Below are positions 10,901-20,695 of a stretch of 53,263 bases of DNA, one piece after another; within the stretch, counting starts at the first letter, position 1, and each line of letters begins with the position of its first letter. Under the pieces are notes generated by a model. The model was given only the letters and a program-made list of their open reading frames with translations, was not told where the DNA came from and did not search any database. The DNA comes from a virus (lineage: Duplodnaviria; Caudoviricetes), in IMG/VR virus record IMGVR_UViG_3300025736_000033, positions 1-53,263 of that record; one strand, 5' to 3'. The position numbers and the translations under genes are program-made.

Positions 10901-11552
10901 TGAGCCCTATGATAAGCGTAGGTGAAGTGAAGTCCACGTAGTTACTGGTTGATTCAACCATCGTGAAGTTCGTATAGCCTTCTGCTCTCGGCAGGTACGT
11001 AGCGAACGCAGCCCCGACAGTCAGGTAGTTAGCCAGGTTCGTAGGCGTTACCGGGAAAGGGTATACATTGGTGTCATCGTACAGTGAGTAGCTGACCGCT
11101 ATTTGGCCCTGGGCCAGTGTGCGTGCGATATTAGTAGTCGCTCCATCGTAAGCCCATACTTCCATCTTATAGTTGGAATCAGGCGGGATGTTGGTACGCG
11201 CTACGGAAAAGCTTATCGCATTGGCTGCTATGGTGATGTTCGTAGTGATATTGGTTGTGGCGCCCGATACCGAAGTAGAGGTATATGGTATGTCGATATA
11301 CGTGGTCTTGTCTTTGCTGACCCGTGCATTGACGTTGTAACCTGCAACGCTAACCGTATCGCCTGTGTTGTCTGCATAGAATGAGAGCTCTACACGCTGG
11401 TCATTCTGGCCTATCCACTTCCACCTAAAGGAATCCCAGTTGCCGGTGATACCGTTAATGTCTACAGAAGCACTCTCAGTGTTCGTCGGAAAACCGTAGC
11501 AGTTCAGTGCCGCTACAGCAAGTAAGGCTATGATTCCAATGAGTTTTCTCAT
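7944..11552 (-). CDS. Long tail fibre with signal peptide, coiled-coil repeats and C-terminal C1q-like domain
   Basis: 1202 aa; MRKLIGIIALLAVAALNCYG N-terminus; 14-aa repeats AIxANLSTNAxQDx; C-terminal FTAPSTGYY...VYLTAGDTVYI C1q-type motifs; NGSF..G..GW carbohydrate-binding-like segment. Confidence 0.8.
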   Translation of the reverse strand: MRKLIGIIALLAVAALNCYGFPTNTESASVDINGITGNWDSFRWKWIGQNDQRVELSFYADNTGDTVSVAGYNVNARVSKDKTTYIDIPYTSTSVSGATTNITTNITIAANAISFSVARTNIPPDSNYKMEVWAYDGATTNIARTLAQGQIAVSYSLYDDTNVYPFPVTPTNLANYLTVGAAFATYLPRAEGYTNFTMVESTSNYVDFTSPTLIIGLNTNSQDGDITSVTVDGGFLSGGTNTGDAVITLTTNAIDAVFATDIELSTATNANYISLTNFATAADIVATNLAVSNANAYTDLATGSVDLASVMAVGNEASTNLDMSGFFIGDTEGEGIYVSSNNGAVAINTKTIPTLPTFGNSALLTVQADGARHPSVIIKDGTTTSKTKSLAFWDTGTTNIWSIEQEAGAPFSLEFWYYRGATATWEQLLSFNTNGNVEASTNFVVGGDTTLADLTAQDATFTGNITITSNILANGHIYGDGDTIITGIEDIYADDGIFSNSLQVGATDVVLESRKMLEGAGITIGDPWLTNDVTFSLDLPYTDARYLRAGTNVFRELIVADDTETGIDLVHNGSFTNGIDGWVATNFIWNAALSNITVLSGNAGFLVPSNAISITTGYMYTVSYEVDVNDSYEIITLRLGGYTNVFRRTADTGDITYTNTLTVPAFNQSGFSLTATALSNNITLDNITIERITKGNLWADAIYADNMYVVQTPVDALDVANKAYVDSVAGTGAFATNYAGANVQIAWTGNVSYISADAETDPIWGGVSNLYGGISNRTLRTDANKISVNWNQYQLRDSADLESVNWSTRFLKTKYGQESLDWDSRTVTSSNGANVFNWENNTFATVPTVDGNSFLTNAPSGSGTTNANAIAANFTPTNYTAAAGDVSSHLQGIDGEIAVLVGDDIAISNTAEAAQTSADAANTTNGAQATAIAENLSTNAIQDTAITANLSTNALQDISIDANLSTNAIQDTAIAANLATNGTQDVTIADHAASLAAHTNLIDAVEAAAQAAILTNGLQDTSIAAAISTNALQDISIAANLASNNAQQVEIDGLGGTAVIVIARNNVTQYANGGEFYKVVMVEEVDTASAFADSTFTAPSTGYYLINAQVNGRVGVGVQNTIRIWLNINGDHKNPANQGAVFDEGIAIAYCSMSINAVVYLTAGDTVYIDMTAGGPVGIWELPVWTNAGDTSIYSTFTINKL
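8420..8790 (-). repeat. Degenerate 42-nt (14-aa) tandem repeats in fibre gene
   Basis: AIAENLSTNAIQDT/AITANLSTNALQDI/SIDANLSTNAIQDT/AIAANLATNGTQDV etc.; boundaries approximate. Confidence 0.8.
9241..9354. repeat. 114-bp direct repeat, copy 2
   Basis: Matches 6971-7084 (differences at 9243 and 9282). Confidence 0.95.
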
Positions 11553-14500
11553 TAACGTGTTCCTCTAGTTCTTGCATTTCTGGCCCTTGACCGGCCATAA
11601 CTACTGTTAATCAATTCTGGTTTGCGAGACTTGCCCCTACGCCAAAGCCTTTGACGTTCTTTAACGTCCTCTATATTAGCCGAAAGCCATGCCCGATAGC
11701 CAGACTTAGTAGCATCTCTGCTGCGTAGGTATGTATCGGAAGACACATTGTTATCCTGCCTATCGTCCGACTGCTCTATTCTTGCTACCTTAATATCAGT
11801 CAGTATCTCTTGCTTTGTCTTGCCTTCAATGGATATACCAAACTTGTCTGCGTCATCTTTTAACTCTTCCCTGATATCTGTAGGCTGGCTGAACCGCAGG
11901 AACCGGCGCAAGCCAGGTATCTTCCTAGACATCTCAACCATCGTAGCGTTTCCTTCCGGAGTCTTACAAAGCTCATATAGGTCAACAAGCCCAGCGGCTA
12001 TAGGATTAGACCACGGAATCAGTTTAGAAGTGGCTCTTGCAAGACGATCCGGAGATATTTTCACTTTCATCTTTGCCGCCATCTCTGAAATATCTTGCGC
12101 TATCTTAGGTGATGTTACTGTAAATTCCTTATTAGCTGAAACATCAGAATATCCACTCCATATCTTCTCTTTTGTCCACGTATCATAATTGCCGTGATAG
12201 GCTGTGCATGCATTCCATACAGGAGGAGTAATCGTTGCTGATTCTACTGGTAGCAACTGGAATGTAGCATCCAAAAGCTGCCCGCTCCAAGGTCTACCCG
12301 CCATTGCATCTGACAACGACTGGCCAATAGCACTAAACACTTGCTGCCCTTGATCTTTAGCTATCGCTATATATGCATGTCGCTTGTTGCCTTCCTTGTC
12401 TGTCTTCGAAAACCCTAACGGAATTATCCATTTAGTTGCTTTCTCCCTATCGGAAACAGCGTCATAGCCTTCTTCATCGACAGCTCTAAATCCTTGTCCG
12501 TTTGCATAACCTAGAGCTATTAGTTGAATTATCTTTAGCGCAGACCCCCCAGGATCTGTCTTCATTGTGCGCAGGGTACCTCTTGTACCCTGTATGGCTG
12601 CGTTGAAGTAAGGTAGTATGTTGTCCGCAAATTTAGCTGTCCGACCTCCCTGTGCAAAATCAAGCATGTTCCTAGCAATGAAAGTAGCTTCCCTTGGGGT
12701 AGATCCATTCTTTATAGCCCTGTTCCGGACTGCTAGACGCATTGCAGTTTCAGAAGTCTCACCCAAATATGCCAAGGCGTCTGACAACTGTGCCAATGCT
12801 GTAGTTCCACGTCCGCGTGCGGTCCACGGTTTCGTCAGCAGTTTGCCCTGTGTTGAAAGATAATCCATGCCGCCGCCTTCTTTAAGATAATCATTATATG
12901 CACCTGTACGCATGAATGAATCCTTGGCTACGGCGCCTAGATCAGATAGCTCCTGCACAAAAGCACGAGGAATAAACTTTGAATACTGTCCTGAATTGAA
13001 CCATGCGAAAGCCATATCACGAGGTAGATTGGACAAAGCAAATTCAGGATTGGCACCAGTAGCAATAAACTTCAGAGGCTTTGTTCCAGTTATCCACTGA
13101 GCGAGATTTGCTACATCCCTGCCCAGTGCCGGCGTAAGCCCATTCCACTGTTCTGCCAATTTGCGCGGCATAGCCAACTGAATTTCGCGGCCATCTTGGA
13201 ATGCTGTTACAATACCTTCATCGTTTTTGAGTTTGGATTTGCCAACTTCTTTGAAGCCCGTTGGATCGTTGGGGTCAGAAACTGTCATTCTATGAATACG
13301 ACCAACTTCTGAATCCGGATTGGCTCTGATAAAATCAGCCAACTCAGAATTTGCCTGGTTCTTGAATACTCGAGACTGTGTGCGACCGATAACTTGGGCC
13401 AGTAGGAAGTTAGGGTCATTGACCATTGCGCTTTCGCTGCCCTCTTTGAGAGAGTCTATGCCGCTATCCAACTGCCTAGCGCCCTTGGTGTCTGTTCCCA
13501 CCTCTGGATCTATGAACTCAACAAATTGACGGGGAGAATAGAAAGGCTGATTCTTACTCAATTCAGCATGAGTCTCTTTCGATATAAGTCCTGCATCGCG
13601 TAACTCAGTGAGCTGGCCTCGTAACACAGTCCAATATTCCTCTGCCGCGTCCTTAACGCCTTGCTTAATAACGGGGTCTGTATCAGCTTCAAATTTAGCA
13701 AGCCATTCTTTGCTCTGTTCTGGCGTTGTGCCTTGACGACTCTTGAGTTTCACACCTTTGTCAGCCTGTATCCCTGTAGCCTCTATGTTACGAGTGAACT
13801 CAATGTATTTGCTCAGAACCTTGATCTGCCCGTTCGGCAACACATCTGTAACGGATTTCCATGCGTCTTTATGAACCCTATTTGCCCACGCACTTGCGCC
13901 CTGGGCAAGAACCTTTGACCTGACCACATCTTCAGCACCGGCATTCTTCAGCACACGTTTCACATCTGCTTCTTGGTCAACTATCTGTCGAGCCAGAAAT
14001 TGCAATACTGGTTCTCTTTGCTTCTTTATGTTCGCCGCCAATTCAACATCATTCTTATCAAACGCTGCATCAGCCTTTGTCCCAAAATTGCCAGCTTCTT
14101 CTGGGACCGCTTTGGCGGCTGTACGGGAACCTATGACCCCACCGGCAGCTCCTCCTAAAATTCCACCAGATACGATAGCATTAAGGAATTCATCCATCGT
14201 CAAAACAGCACGGTCTTTATCAAACCCAAACTTCTCTATAAGATTAGTTCCTACGGTCTGGATAAGTTCCTGAGTACCCTCTTCAACTGCGCCTTGCGCG
14301 ATACGCTTTACGGCTTTCTGCCCAGCTCTACCAAGCATTCTTCCAAATGGTAGAGCCTCTGTAGCAGCATTCCACGCTCCATTCAAAAGCCCCATCACAT
14401 CAGACTCTTCTACTGTCTTACCGGCTTCTCTCGCCTTGCTGAAACTCCCTGCTCCCTCGGTAAGCCCAAATATGATAGCGGCGGGAACGGGGCTCTTGGT

Positions 14501-15295
14501 CGCTATTGTCGCGGCCATTGCCGTTCCAAATAGAGGCAGAGCTTCGGATGTGACCGATAAGGCATTGGCTACTGGGTTACTCTTCCAAGTAAGGTTCTTA
14601 GGTTTAGCTATTGCTTTGCCCTCTGCCTTCTCGTTGAACCATGTGCTAAACTCTTTGCTTGCTTGTGCGGCCTTCTCTTGGGAAGGCTGTGCGATACGAG
14701 CCAACGGGAATGAGCCTATTGTACTACGCGGAGATACAAGCCACTCAGATATATTACCGAGACTCCCTACCGTGCGTAGAGTGCCACGAAGGAAGCCTGC
14801 AAATGGATCGAGTATTTCTCTGGCCGCTATACCCGCAACTGATTCTGAAAGTCCTTCACCTAACTGTTCTACTTTGTCCCTATCTTCCTGAGTGACTTGA
14901 GGCGGGGGTGGCGGCACTGTAGTAGCTTCTATTGCTTCGTCAAAGAGCTTCTGAAGTTCTGGATCCTCATGCTCCGGAAGGATACTGCGCTTATCAGGAT
15001 CGGCGCCTAGATTAGCCATGCCGTCTACCGCCTGTGTGATAGGAGAGGGGTCTTTGGGCTCATCGAATTCCGCAAGAATATCCGAAATATCGTCATCATC
15101 TGTACCAGTAGAAACCGCATCAACTTCAGCGAGGATATCATCTACACTCGGTTCTTCTGTTATTGCTGGCTCATCAAACTCAGCAAGGATATCTGAAACA
15201 TCGTTGGGACCAGCAGGAACTACAGGGGTTGCCGCTTCCGTAGGATCTTCGAACTCATCTAAGATATCTTGTACTGAACTAGCCATATTAAACAC
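11552..15295 (-). CDS. Large internal virion/ejection protein (large polyvalent protein, LPD38-like C-terminus)
   Basis: 1247 aa; acidic N-terminal DILAEFDEP repeats, EEGTQELIQ motif, NPEFALSNLPRD, LDFAQGG and PYFNAAIQG motifs typical of this family. Confidence 0.7.
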   Translation of the reverse strand: MFNMASSVQDILDEFEDPTEAATPVVPAGPNDVSDILAEFDEPAITEEPSVDDILAEVDAVSTGTDDDDISDILAEFDEPKDPSPITQAVDGMANLGADPDKRSILPEHEDPELQKLFDEAIEATTVPPPPPQVTQEDRDKVEQLGEGLSESVAGIAAREILDPFAGFLRGTLRTVGSLGNISEWLVSPRSTIGSFPLARIAQPSQEKAAQASKEFSTWFNEKAEGKAIAKPKNLTWKSNPVANALSVTSEALPLFGTAMAATIATKSPVPAAIIFGLTEGAGSFSKAREAGKTVEESDVMGLLNGAWNAATEALPFGRMLGRAGQKAVKRIAQGAVEEGTQELIQTVGTNLIEKFGFDKDRAVLTMDEFLNAIVSGGILGGAAGGVIGSRTAAKAVPEEAGNFGTKADAAFDKNDVELAANIKKQREPVLQFLARQIVDQEADVKRVLKNAGAEDVVRSKVLAQGASAWANRVHKDAWKSVTDVLPNGQIKVLSKYIEFTRNIEATGIQADKGVKLKSRQGTTPEQSKEWLAKFEADTDPVIKQGVKDAAEEYWTVLRGQLTELRDAGLISKETHAELSKNQPFYSPRQFVEFIDPEVGTDTKGARQLDSGIDSLKEGSESAMVNDPNFLLAQVIGRTQSRVFKNQANSELADFIRANPDSEVGRIHRMTVSDPNDPTGFKEVGKSKLKNDEGIVTAFQDGREIQLAMPRKLAEQWNGLTPALGRDVANLAQWITGTKPLKFIATGANPEFALSNLPRDMAFAWFNSGQYSKFIPRAFVQELSDLGAVAKDSFMRTGAYNDYLKEGGGMDYLSTQGKLLTKPWTARGRGTTALAQLSDALAYLGETSETAMRLAVRNRAIKNGSTPREATFIARNMLDFAQGGRTAKFADNILPYFNAAIQGTRGTLRTMKTDPGGSALKIIQLIALGYANGQGFRAVDEEGYDAVSDREKATKWIIPLGFSKTDKEGNKRHAYIAIAKDQGQQVFSAIGQSLSDAMAGRPWSGQLLDATFQLLPVESATITPPVWNACTAYHGNYDTWTKEKIWSGYSDVSANKEFTVTSPKIAQDISEMAAKMKVKISPDRLARATSKLIPWSNPIAAGLVDLYELCKTPEGNATMVEMSRKIPGLRRFLRFSQPTDIREELKDDADKFGISIEGKTKQEILTDIKVARIEQSDDRQDNNVSSDTYLRSRDATKSGYRAWLSANIEDVKERQRLWRRGKSRKPELINSSYGRSRARNARTRGTR

Positions 15296-16255
15296 CTACA
15301 CCTTTGCGTCGAGTATCTTCATTTTCCGCTCAAGTCTTATGCGCTTTGTCCGACTCAAACCTTTCTTCTTTTCAGGGTTTGATAGAATAGCATCTATCTT
15401 TTCCAGCTCATCAGTCTCGGCAGGAGTGATCGTACCAGCTAAATCTCCAGAAGCCGTTGCGCTTTCATCCGTAGTTACAGTTCCATCGGTTAAAGCCGCT
15501 TCCGGTGTTTCCGCTTCAGGAGCAACAGAGAAACCGGGTACTGCTTGGGCAGCTGCAAGCCCTTTCTTGGCCATTGATTCAATAGCTGGGCTTTTAATAT
15601 CTTGTACAAATGTAACACTTTCTGCAAGTGAAGCACTATAGTCTAAAGCCAGTTCAAGAGCATTGAAAGCGCGGTCTGCATCCTTTTCGGATCTTGCCAA
15701 TTTCGCCTCTTCCTTAAGCGCATTGATATCATTGGTGCCCTGCTGAACCAATCGGTCCATTTCGCCTTTGTCCACTGCTGTTTGCTTACCAAGGTTGCCA
15801 GTGTTCACAAGTTTTTGAAGAGCAAGCGCATTAGTAGCCGCTGTTTTTGCTGCATCTGTCTTTGCTGTAGCTTGGAAGGTTGCCACGCGCTCATTTACCT
15901 CTGCTACTCCTAATCCAGCGTCACGTGTGCCTATATTTTTTACCTCTTGTAGCCGAACAGCATTATCGGCATCTTGCTGGCGGCGACCCACATTCCTTTG
16001 CCCCGGAGTCTGGAGTCCGGCATTCGAAGCTTCTCTACGCAAAGCCCGCGTCTCAGCAAGTCCAGTTGTACGTTCGCCGGCCACTATCTTACTCTTACGC
16101 AAGATGGATGCAGGGGAAGGCTTGCTTGCCAGATCTCTCGTTGTGTTCTGCTCACGGAGCAATCTAGCTGCCGGGCTTTCTACAGCATTACGGATGGCAG
16201 GTATTGCCGCCGCATCTATTCCTCGGGGTTTCAATTCAAATCCAGCCTTAGCCAT
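15296..16255 (-). CDS. Putative internal virion protein
   Basis: 319 aa Ala-rich helical ORF directly upstream of the large internal protein; RBS AAGGAG. Confidence 0.55.
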   Translation of the reverse strand: MAKAGFELKPRGIDAAAIPAIRNAVESPAARLLREQNTTRDLASKPSPASILRKSKIVAGERTTGLAETRALRREASNAGLQTPGQRNVGRRQQDADNAVRLQEVKNIGTRDAGLGVAEVNERVATFQATAKTDAAKTAATNALALQKLVNTGNLGKQTAVDKGEMDRLVQQGTNDINALKEEAKLARSEKDADRAFNALELALDYSASLAESVTFVQDIKSPAIESMAKKGLAAAQAVPGFSVAPEAETPEAALTDGTVTTDESATASGDLAGTITPAETDELEKIDAILSNPEKKKGLSRTKRIRLERKMKILDAKV

Positions 16256-16496
16256 TTTCCAGCTCCTTATGTCCTAGACATTTGCAATAGTTTCTAAGTT
16301 TATCTTCTAATCGTTGTTTAATCCAGCCTGCATCTCCACCACCGCAACATTTTGGTTCGCCTTCGAACCGTTTACGTCTTCGGAGATTCCTTCTCGTATA
16401 GAGCATCTGTTCCGCAAATGCTATCAGCAATCGGGTAGCTTCGTCCTTTGGGTCTAGCTGCCTGATCTTCTCTACGAGTTTTGTAAATGCTGTCAT
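16248..16496 (-). CDS. Hypothetical protein
   Basis: MTAFTKLVEK..., start overlaps previous stop (TAATG) and stop overlaps next start. Confidence 0.55.
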   Translation of the reverse strand: MTAFTKLVEKIRQLDPKDEATRLLIAFAEQMLYTRRNLRRRKRFEGEPKCCGGGDAGWIKQRLEDKLRNYCKCLGHKELENG

Positions 16497-17776
16497 TATC
16501 CACCACCTTGATGATCGGCTGGACCTGACCCGTCGAGACCGCAATCATCCTCATACGGGAAGCCACTATCAACTCCACCCGACTTGTGGTAATGATCGGT
16601 GAAGTAATCCCAAGGCGTGAAGCATGTAGGACTACAGAGACTGGCACCATAGATGCACTCGAGCGTATCAGTATCAGGATAATCCTCAATACCATCAGCA
16701 TCCGTGCAATGGTTCCACTGCCATACAGGACAGTAGATATCAGAAGCGTGCCAACGTGGAGCCCACTTCTCTATACGGGTTGCGGTACTGCCGTCATTGA
16801 CTCCGATTGTAAGCGTTCCAAGTATGAACTTGCCTACGAGTATGTCTTCCTTCTTTTCGCCACTAGCTTTCAGGTCCATCCCGCGAGGATTGATACGAGT
16901 ATATGGATTGACACCACCAGCCAAAGCGCACCAGCCCAGATCGTCTGCCTGTGTGTGGTCGCTGATGCTGTAGCTCTGATCCGGATATGTCCCTGCTCCA
17001 GCAGGAGCACTCTTGTGCGCCCGTAGGATAGGAATGTATCTGCTACCATCATTGGCACCTACACCCCAAAGTGAATCGCATTTTGTTGCAGCAGGAAATA
17101 CAGCTACTTCTATATAGACTATCCAGTTGCCGGCAGCCCCTGAAGGACTTTTGGCGAGTGTTGAATGATCGAATTTGAAATCTACATACTCAGGAGCACT
17201 CCCTAAATCACCACCAGGCCATTCCCAAGAGCTATTGCCAGCATACACAACACCGTTGTAGACCCGAAGGATATTGGAATATCGTTCTTTGCCTGTTAGG
17301 TTGGCATTGTGCTTCGGCTCTGCGTAGAAGGGGCCATTGTATCTGCCGAAGATCTCAAAGCCGCCACCTGACTTGTCCCGTACTCCAAGGTTGTAGCCTG
17401 TGCCTGTGATACTACGGATGGCCTCTGCGATAGCTTCGTCATTGTTCTGGCCAGCCTCTATGATATCTACCTTCGGTTCCTCTTCCTCTTTGATAGAGTC
17501 TTCGACTTCGCGGATATCCAGCTTGGTCTCGAGTATCTTCAACCGGTTCAGCAGATTCGAAGGGTCCAGCTCGGCTGCTGCTGCACGCTGTTCCTTCCAT
17601 GCTGAGTCCTGCTCACCAGCTACGAAGTCTTGGAAGTCCTGACGGATACCAGCAGGCATAGTGGCGTTCTCTCCAAAGAACATCTCAGAAAGTTGTTCAC
17701 GCTCCTTGGGATCAGCCTTGGACGCAAGGAAACTGTTGATTGCGTCATTAGCTGGTTTGTCAAAGTCTTCATCCAT
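16496..17776 (-). CDS. Hypothetical virion/tail protein
   Basis: 426 aa, translationally coupled within the structural operon; Cys-containing C-terminus. Confidence 0.6.
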   Translation of the reverse strand: MDEDFDKPANDAINSFLASKADPKEREQLSEMFFGENATMPAGIRQDFQDFVAGEQDSAWKEQRAAAAELDPSNLLNRLKILETKLDIREVEDSIKEEEEPKVDIIEAGQNNDEAIAEAIRSITGTGYNLGVRDKSGGGFEIFGRYNGPFYAEPKHNANLTGKERYSNILRVYNGVVYAGNSSWEWPGGDLGSAPEYVDFKFDHSTLAKSPSGAAGNWIVYIEVAVFPAATKCDSLWGVGANDGSRYIPILRAHKSAPAGAGTYPDQSYSISDHTQADDLGWCALAGGVNPYTRINPRGMDLKASGEKKEDILVGKFILGTLTIGVNDGSTATRIEKWAPRWHASDIYCPVWQWNHCTDADGIEDYPDTDTLECIYGASLCSPTCFTPWDYFTDHYHKSGGVDSGFPYEDDCGLDGSGPADHQGGG

Positions 17777-19218
17777 TAAGGTATCACCGGGTTGTCTGGG
17801 AGAATTACAGCGTAAGTATTGAGATAGCCATCCGTAGCGTCATTTGATGTAATTGTCAACCATGTCTCACGCATCGCTACCCACAAGCCAAGATTGGAAA
17901 GATAGTCAATCCTACCGCCCTTATGAGCCTTCAAGTTATTCAGCAAAGGGCGATCAGAAGAATCGTTTGCCCAGTTGACTGCTGACTGTTCGCTCGTGGT
18001 TACACGCCTGCCGAATATAACACGCCATACAACGCCTTCATCTGAGGTCCGTATCTCCTGCTTGAAATTGTAGATGTCACCAACAGCACTGTTATTGCCT
18101 ACCGTCGAACCAGTACCCGCCATCTTGCCTATGATAAATAGATCAGACAACCCAGAATCATGTATCTTGCGTCTGACACCGCTATTCCTATAAGCTGTAT
18201 TGTCTATGTCGAGGATGGCCTTGTTACTCAACGTCGTCAATAATGCGTCAGAAGTCTCCTTAGTAAGATTCGGAATCACGACAACAGCACGTTTCGGAAG
18301 TCCGGAAGATATATCCATATCTCGTTCTACAACGAAAGCAGCAGATAGGCTGGTATTCGTATTGACCACTTCGATATCGCGTGACATGAATACTTCGCCA
18401 TCGGCCCGCTGCAGCACCGTTACATTCTTGGTAGCGATACCAGTACCGTCACGATCCTCTGCACTACGCCATGCATTCAGCATACCTTGAGCACTGTCGA
18501 TAGGTACGCCGAATGCTGTCTGGTGATCTACCCTCATATAGTCATGGAAGTTCACACCAGCAAAATAGGAATCCTCGCCCATAGTTCTAACAGATACAGG
18601 CAGGCTGGTCTCTGAATTCACATTCGTCCAAGTGACCTTGCGCTGGAACACATAGAAGGTGCAGGTACGGTCTCCACGAGGTTCTGTACCCCATCGCCTA
18701 GCTTCTATCGTGTAGCCAGAAAGCTCCAAGTCAGCATCTGCAATGCTTATTTCGCATACGCCTCGTGAGCTCCGGTCAAGGTATCGGTACTCCTGAACAA
18801 CAGTATCTCCAGAACCAGGGTTATACTGAAATGACCTGTAGACTTCTACGCGCTGACTGTTAACTGGCTGGGGAAGTGTAGCCGCCGCGATAACACTTGT
18901 GGCGCCTGCAACCGTAGTCAGCCTTATCAGCTTCTGGCGAATAGTCACCCATCTGCGGTTGTTCTCTATAACGATCACATCAGCGTTCGAGTAAACGCCT
19001 GTATAGGTCTCACCGTCTACTGTAGGGCCCGTAATCTGTGCGACCCCCATCAAGGTATTGCTCAGAGACTTAGCGACAGATGCTTTGATCTGAGTCCATT
19101 CACGCCACATTGTGCGGGAGTTGGCATCAGAAGTGGCATGTGTAACAGCCTCGTCAGCATCAGACCGAACGAATCTGGCTTCGCTCTCCGGTATCGTGGT
19201 TCTAAGTTTGCTTGCCAT
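17776..19218 (-). CDS. Hypothetical virion/tail protein
   Basis: 480 aa, beta-rich, in tail operon. Confidence 0.6.
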   Translation of the reverse strand: MASKLRTTIPESEARFVRSDADEAVTHATSDANSRTMWREWTQIKASVAKSLSNTLMGVAQITGPTVDGETYTGVYSNADVIVIENNRRWVTIRQKLIRLTTVAGATSVIAAATLPQPVNSQRVEVYRSFQYNPGSGDTVVQEYRYLDRSSRGVCEISIADADLELSGYTIEARRWGTEPRGDRTCTFYVFQRKVTWTNVNSETSLPVSVRTMGEDSYFAGVNFHDYMRVDHQTAFGVPIDSAQGMLNAWRSAEDRDGTGIATKNVTVLQRADGEVFMSRDIEVVNTNTSLSAAFVVERDMDISSGLPKRAVVVIPNLTKETSDALLTTLSNKAILDIDNTAYRNSGVRRKIHDSGLSDLFIIGKMAGTGSTVGNNSAVGDIYNFKQEIRTSDEGVVWRVIFGRRVTTSEQSAVNWANDSSDRPLLNNLKAHKGGRIDYLSNLGLWVAMRETWLTITSNDATDGYLNTYAVILPDNPVIP

Positions 19219-19225
19219 AAGTTAC

Positions 19226-20287
19226 CTACTGACTGGGGCTGTCTTCGTCTGTGGTCATATTTGTGAGCACCCATATCTTCCTGACATGGATGTGTGAACT
19301 CAAATCAGTTATCCGCAAAGCGAACTCGTGGCTCTGTGGTGTGGTCTCGAGATCAATCGTAATACGGTTATAGTTTTCTTCGAAATTGTCTATAACTGCT
19401 GTGTGCTCGTTACCGAAGTCTCCGGTATCCAACTTCACATCAAATACTATCTCGCCTCGTGCAGCAGTCGTATTGTCGAATTCGAATGCTACCTGGCGTA
19501 CAGGGAACGGACGCTGGTTAGAATCAGTCAGAGTCCGAGTTGTATAGCGGAAAGCTGTATTGTCTTCAAGGTACTTAAACAGCTTCTTCTTCTGGAGTGC
19601 GTATACGAAGTTCACGACATCCGTGCTGGGGTTAGAACCTATGACCCTGCGCTTATCCCTACCTATACGTAATACCTTGTTTGCGAACGTACTGAGTGCT
19701 GTACGGACGTTCACTGAAACCTCTGTGACCGCTCCACCAGCCCATGAGTACAATCCGTTGGTATTGGATGTGTAGGCTACTTGGTCCAAAGGCGTAGCCC
19801 GATTCGCCGCTGTAGCGAACATCTGTTCTTCTACCTTGATATGGCGGTAGTCGCCATCAAATGATAAAGCATTAGGAATCCAGTATCCACCACCGGCGCT
19901 GGCTACATACATATCAGTAGTCCCAGCAGGGAAGAATGCTAATAGGCTATCGGCTGTCTCATCGAAAGCTATACCGTCAAGGTCTTGAGGAAAGATGACA
20001 TCATCATATTCAGGAGACCCGTACAGTAGGGTTGTGCCATCAATGCGCCAGTTCCTACGAAAGAACCAAGTCCAGTCATCGCCTGATATCGTGTTCTGTT
20101 TGGCCGTGTAAGCATCGCCTGTACCGAGCTGTGCCGTATTGGCTACCAGTCGGCCAGGGTACTCTATATCGAAGCCGTACCCATCAGGAGTAAAGCCATC
20201 TTGTAGTTGCTGCACAGCCGTTTCAGTGTCCAACCCAGCAGGGAAGACAGAGGCGATTGGCAACCAGCGCATATCGGATCCAGCCAT
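19226..20287 (-). CDS. Putative tail nozzle/stabilisation protein
   Basis: 353 aa, beta-propeller-like short strands then C-terminal beta sandwich; position after adaptor; RBS AGGAGG. Confidence 0.5.
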   Translation of the reverse strand: MAGSDMRWLPIASVFPAGLDTETAVQQLQDGFTPDGYGFDIEYPGRLVANTAQLGTGDAYTAKQNTISGDDWTWFFRRNWRIDGTTLLYGSPEYDDVIFPQDLDGIAFDETADSLLAFFPAGTTDMYVASAGGGYWIPNALSFDGDYRHIKVEEQMFATAANRATPLDQVAYTSNTNGLYSWAGGAVTEVSVNVRTALSTFANKVLRIGRDKRRVIGSNPSTDVVNFVYALQKKKLFKYLEDNTAFRYTTRTLTDSNQRPFPVRQVAFEFDNTTAARGEIVFDVKLDTGDFGNEHTAVIDNFEENYNRITIDLETTPQSHEFALRITDLSSHIHVRKIWVLTNMTTDEDSPSQ

Positions 20288-20299
20288 AACCGCCTCCTG

Positions 20300-20686
20300 T
20301 TAGTCTTCGTCGAATGATGCTATGACTTCGGAATCTGTAGCTGCCGCCGCCGCTTTCTGGTCTCTATCCAGCAAGGCGCGTCTGAGCGCACTGGCGAATT
20401 CAGCCTTTACCGTGTCCAAGTCCTGATCGCCTGTCTTGTGCCCGTACTGAGTCAAGTATCTGTCGATACCTGCTTCAAGCACAAAGCCATGATCGGCGTC
20501 TATCGCAACAGTATCGTCAGTCGCTGTTACATGTGCAATAGCTGCAGAGAGGTTCGTATCAATCGAATAGATGTTTAACGCATTATTCGTTGCCCGGATG
20601 AAGTCATGCTTAAAACGATCAGAGCTGGCCTGCATGTTGTATTCATACAGTTTGGTTGCCCAAATCTTACCAAGGTTGAGTGCCAT
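20300..20686 (-). CDS. Putative head-tail adaptor
   Basis: 128 aa helical protein between capsid-associated and nozzle-like genes. Confidence 0.45.
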   Translation of the reverse strand: MALNLGKIWATKLYEYNMQASSDRFKHDFIRATNNALNIYSIDTNLSAAIAHVTATDDTVAIDADHGFVLEAGIDRYLTQYGHKTGDQDLDTVKAEFASALRRALLDRDQKAAAAATDSEVIASFDED

Positions 20687-20695
20687 CGCAGCCCC

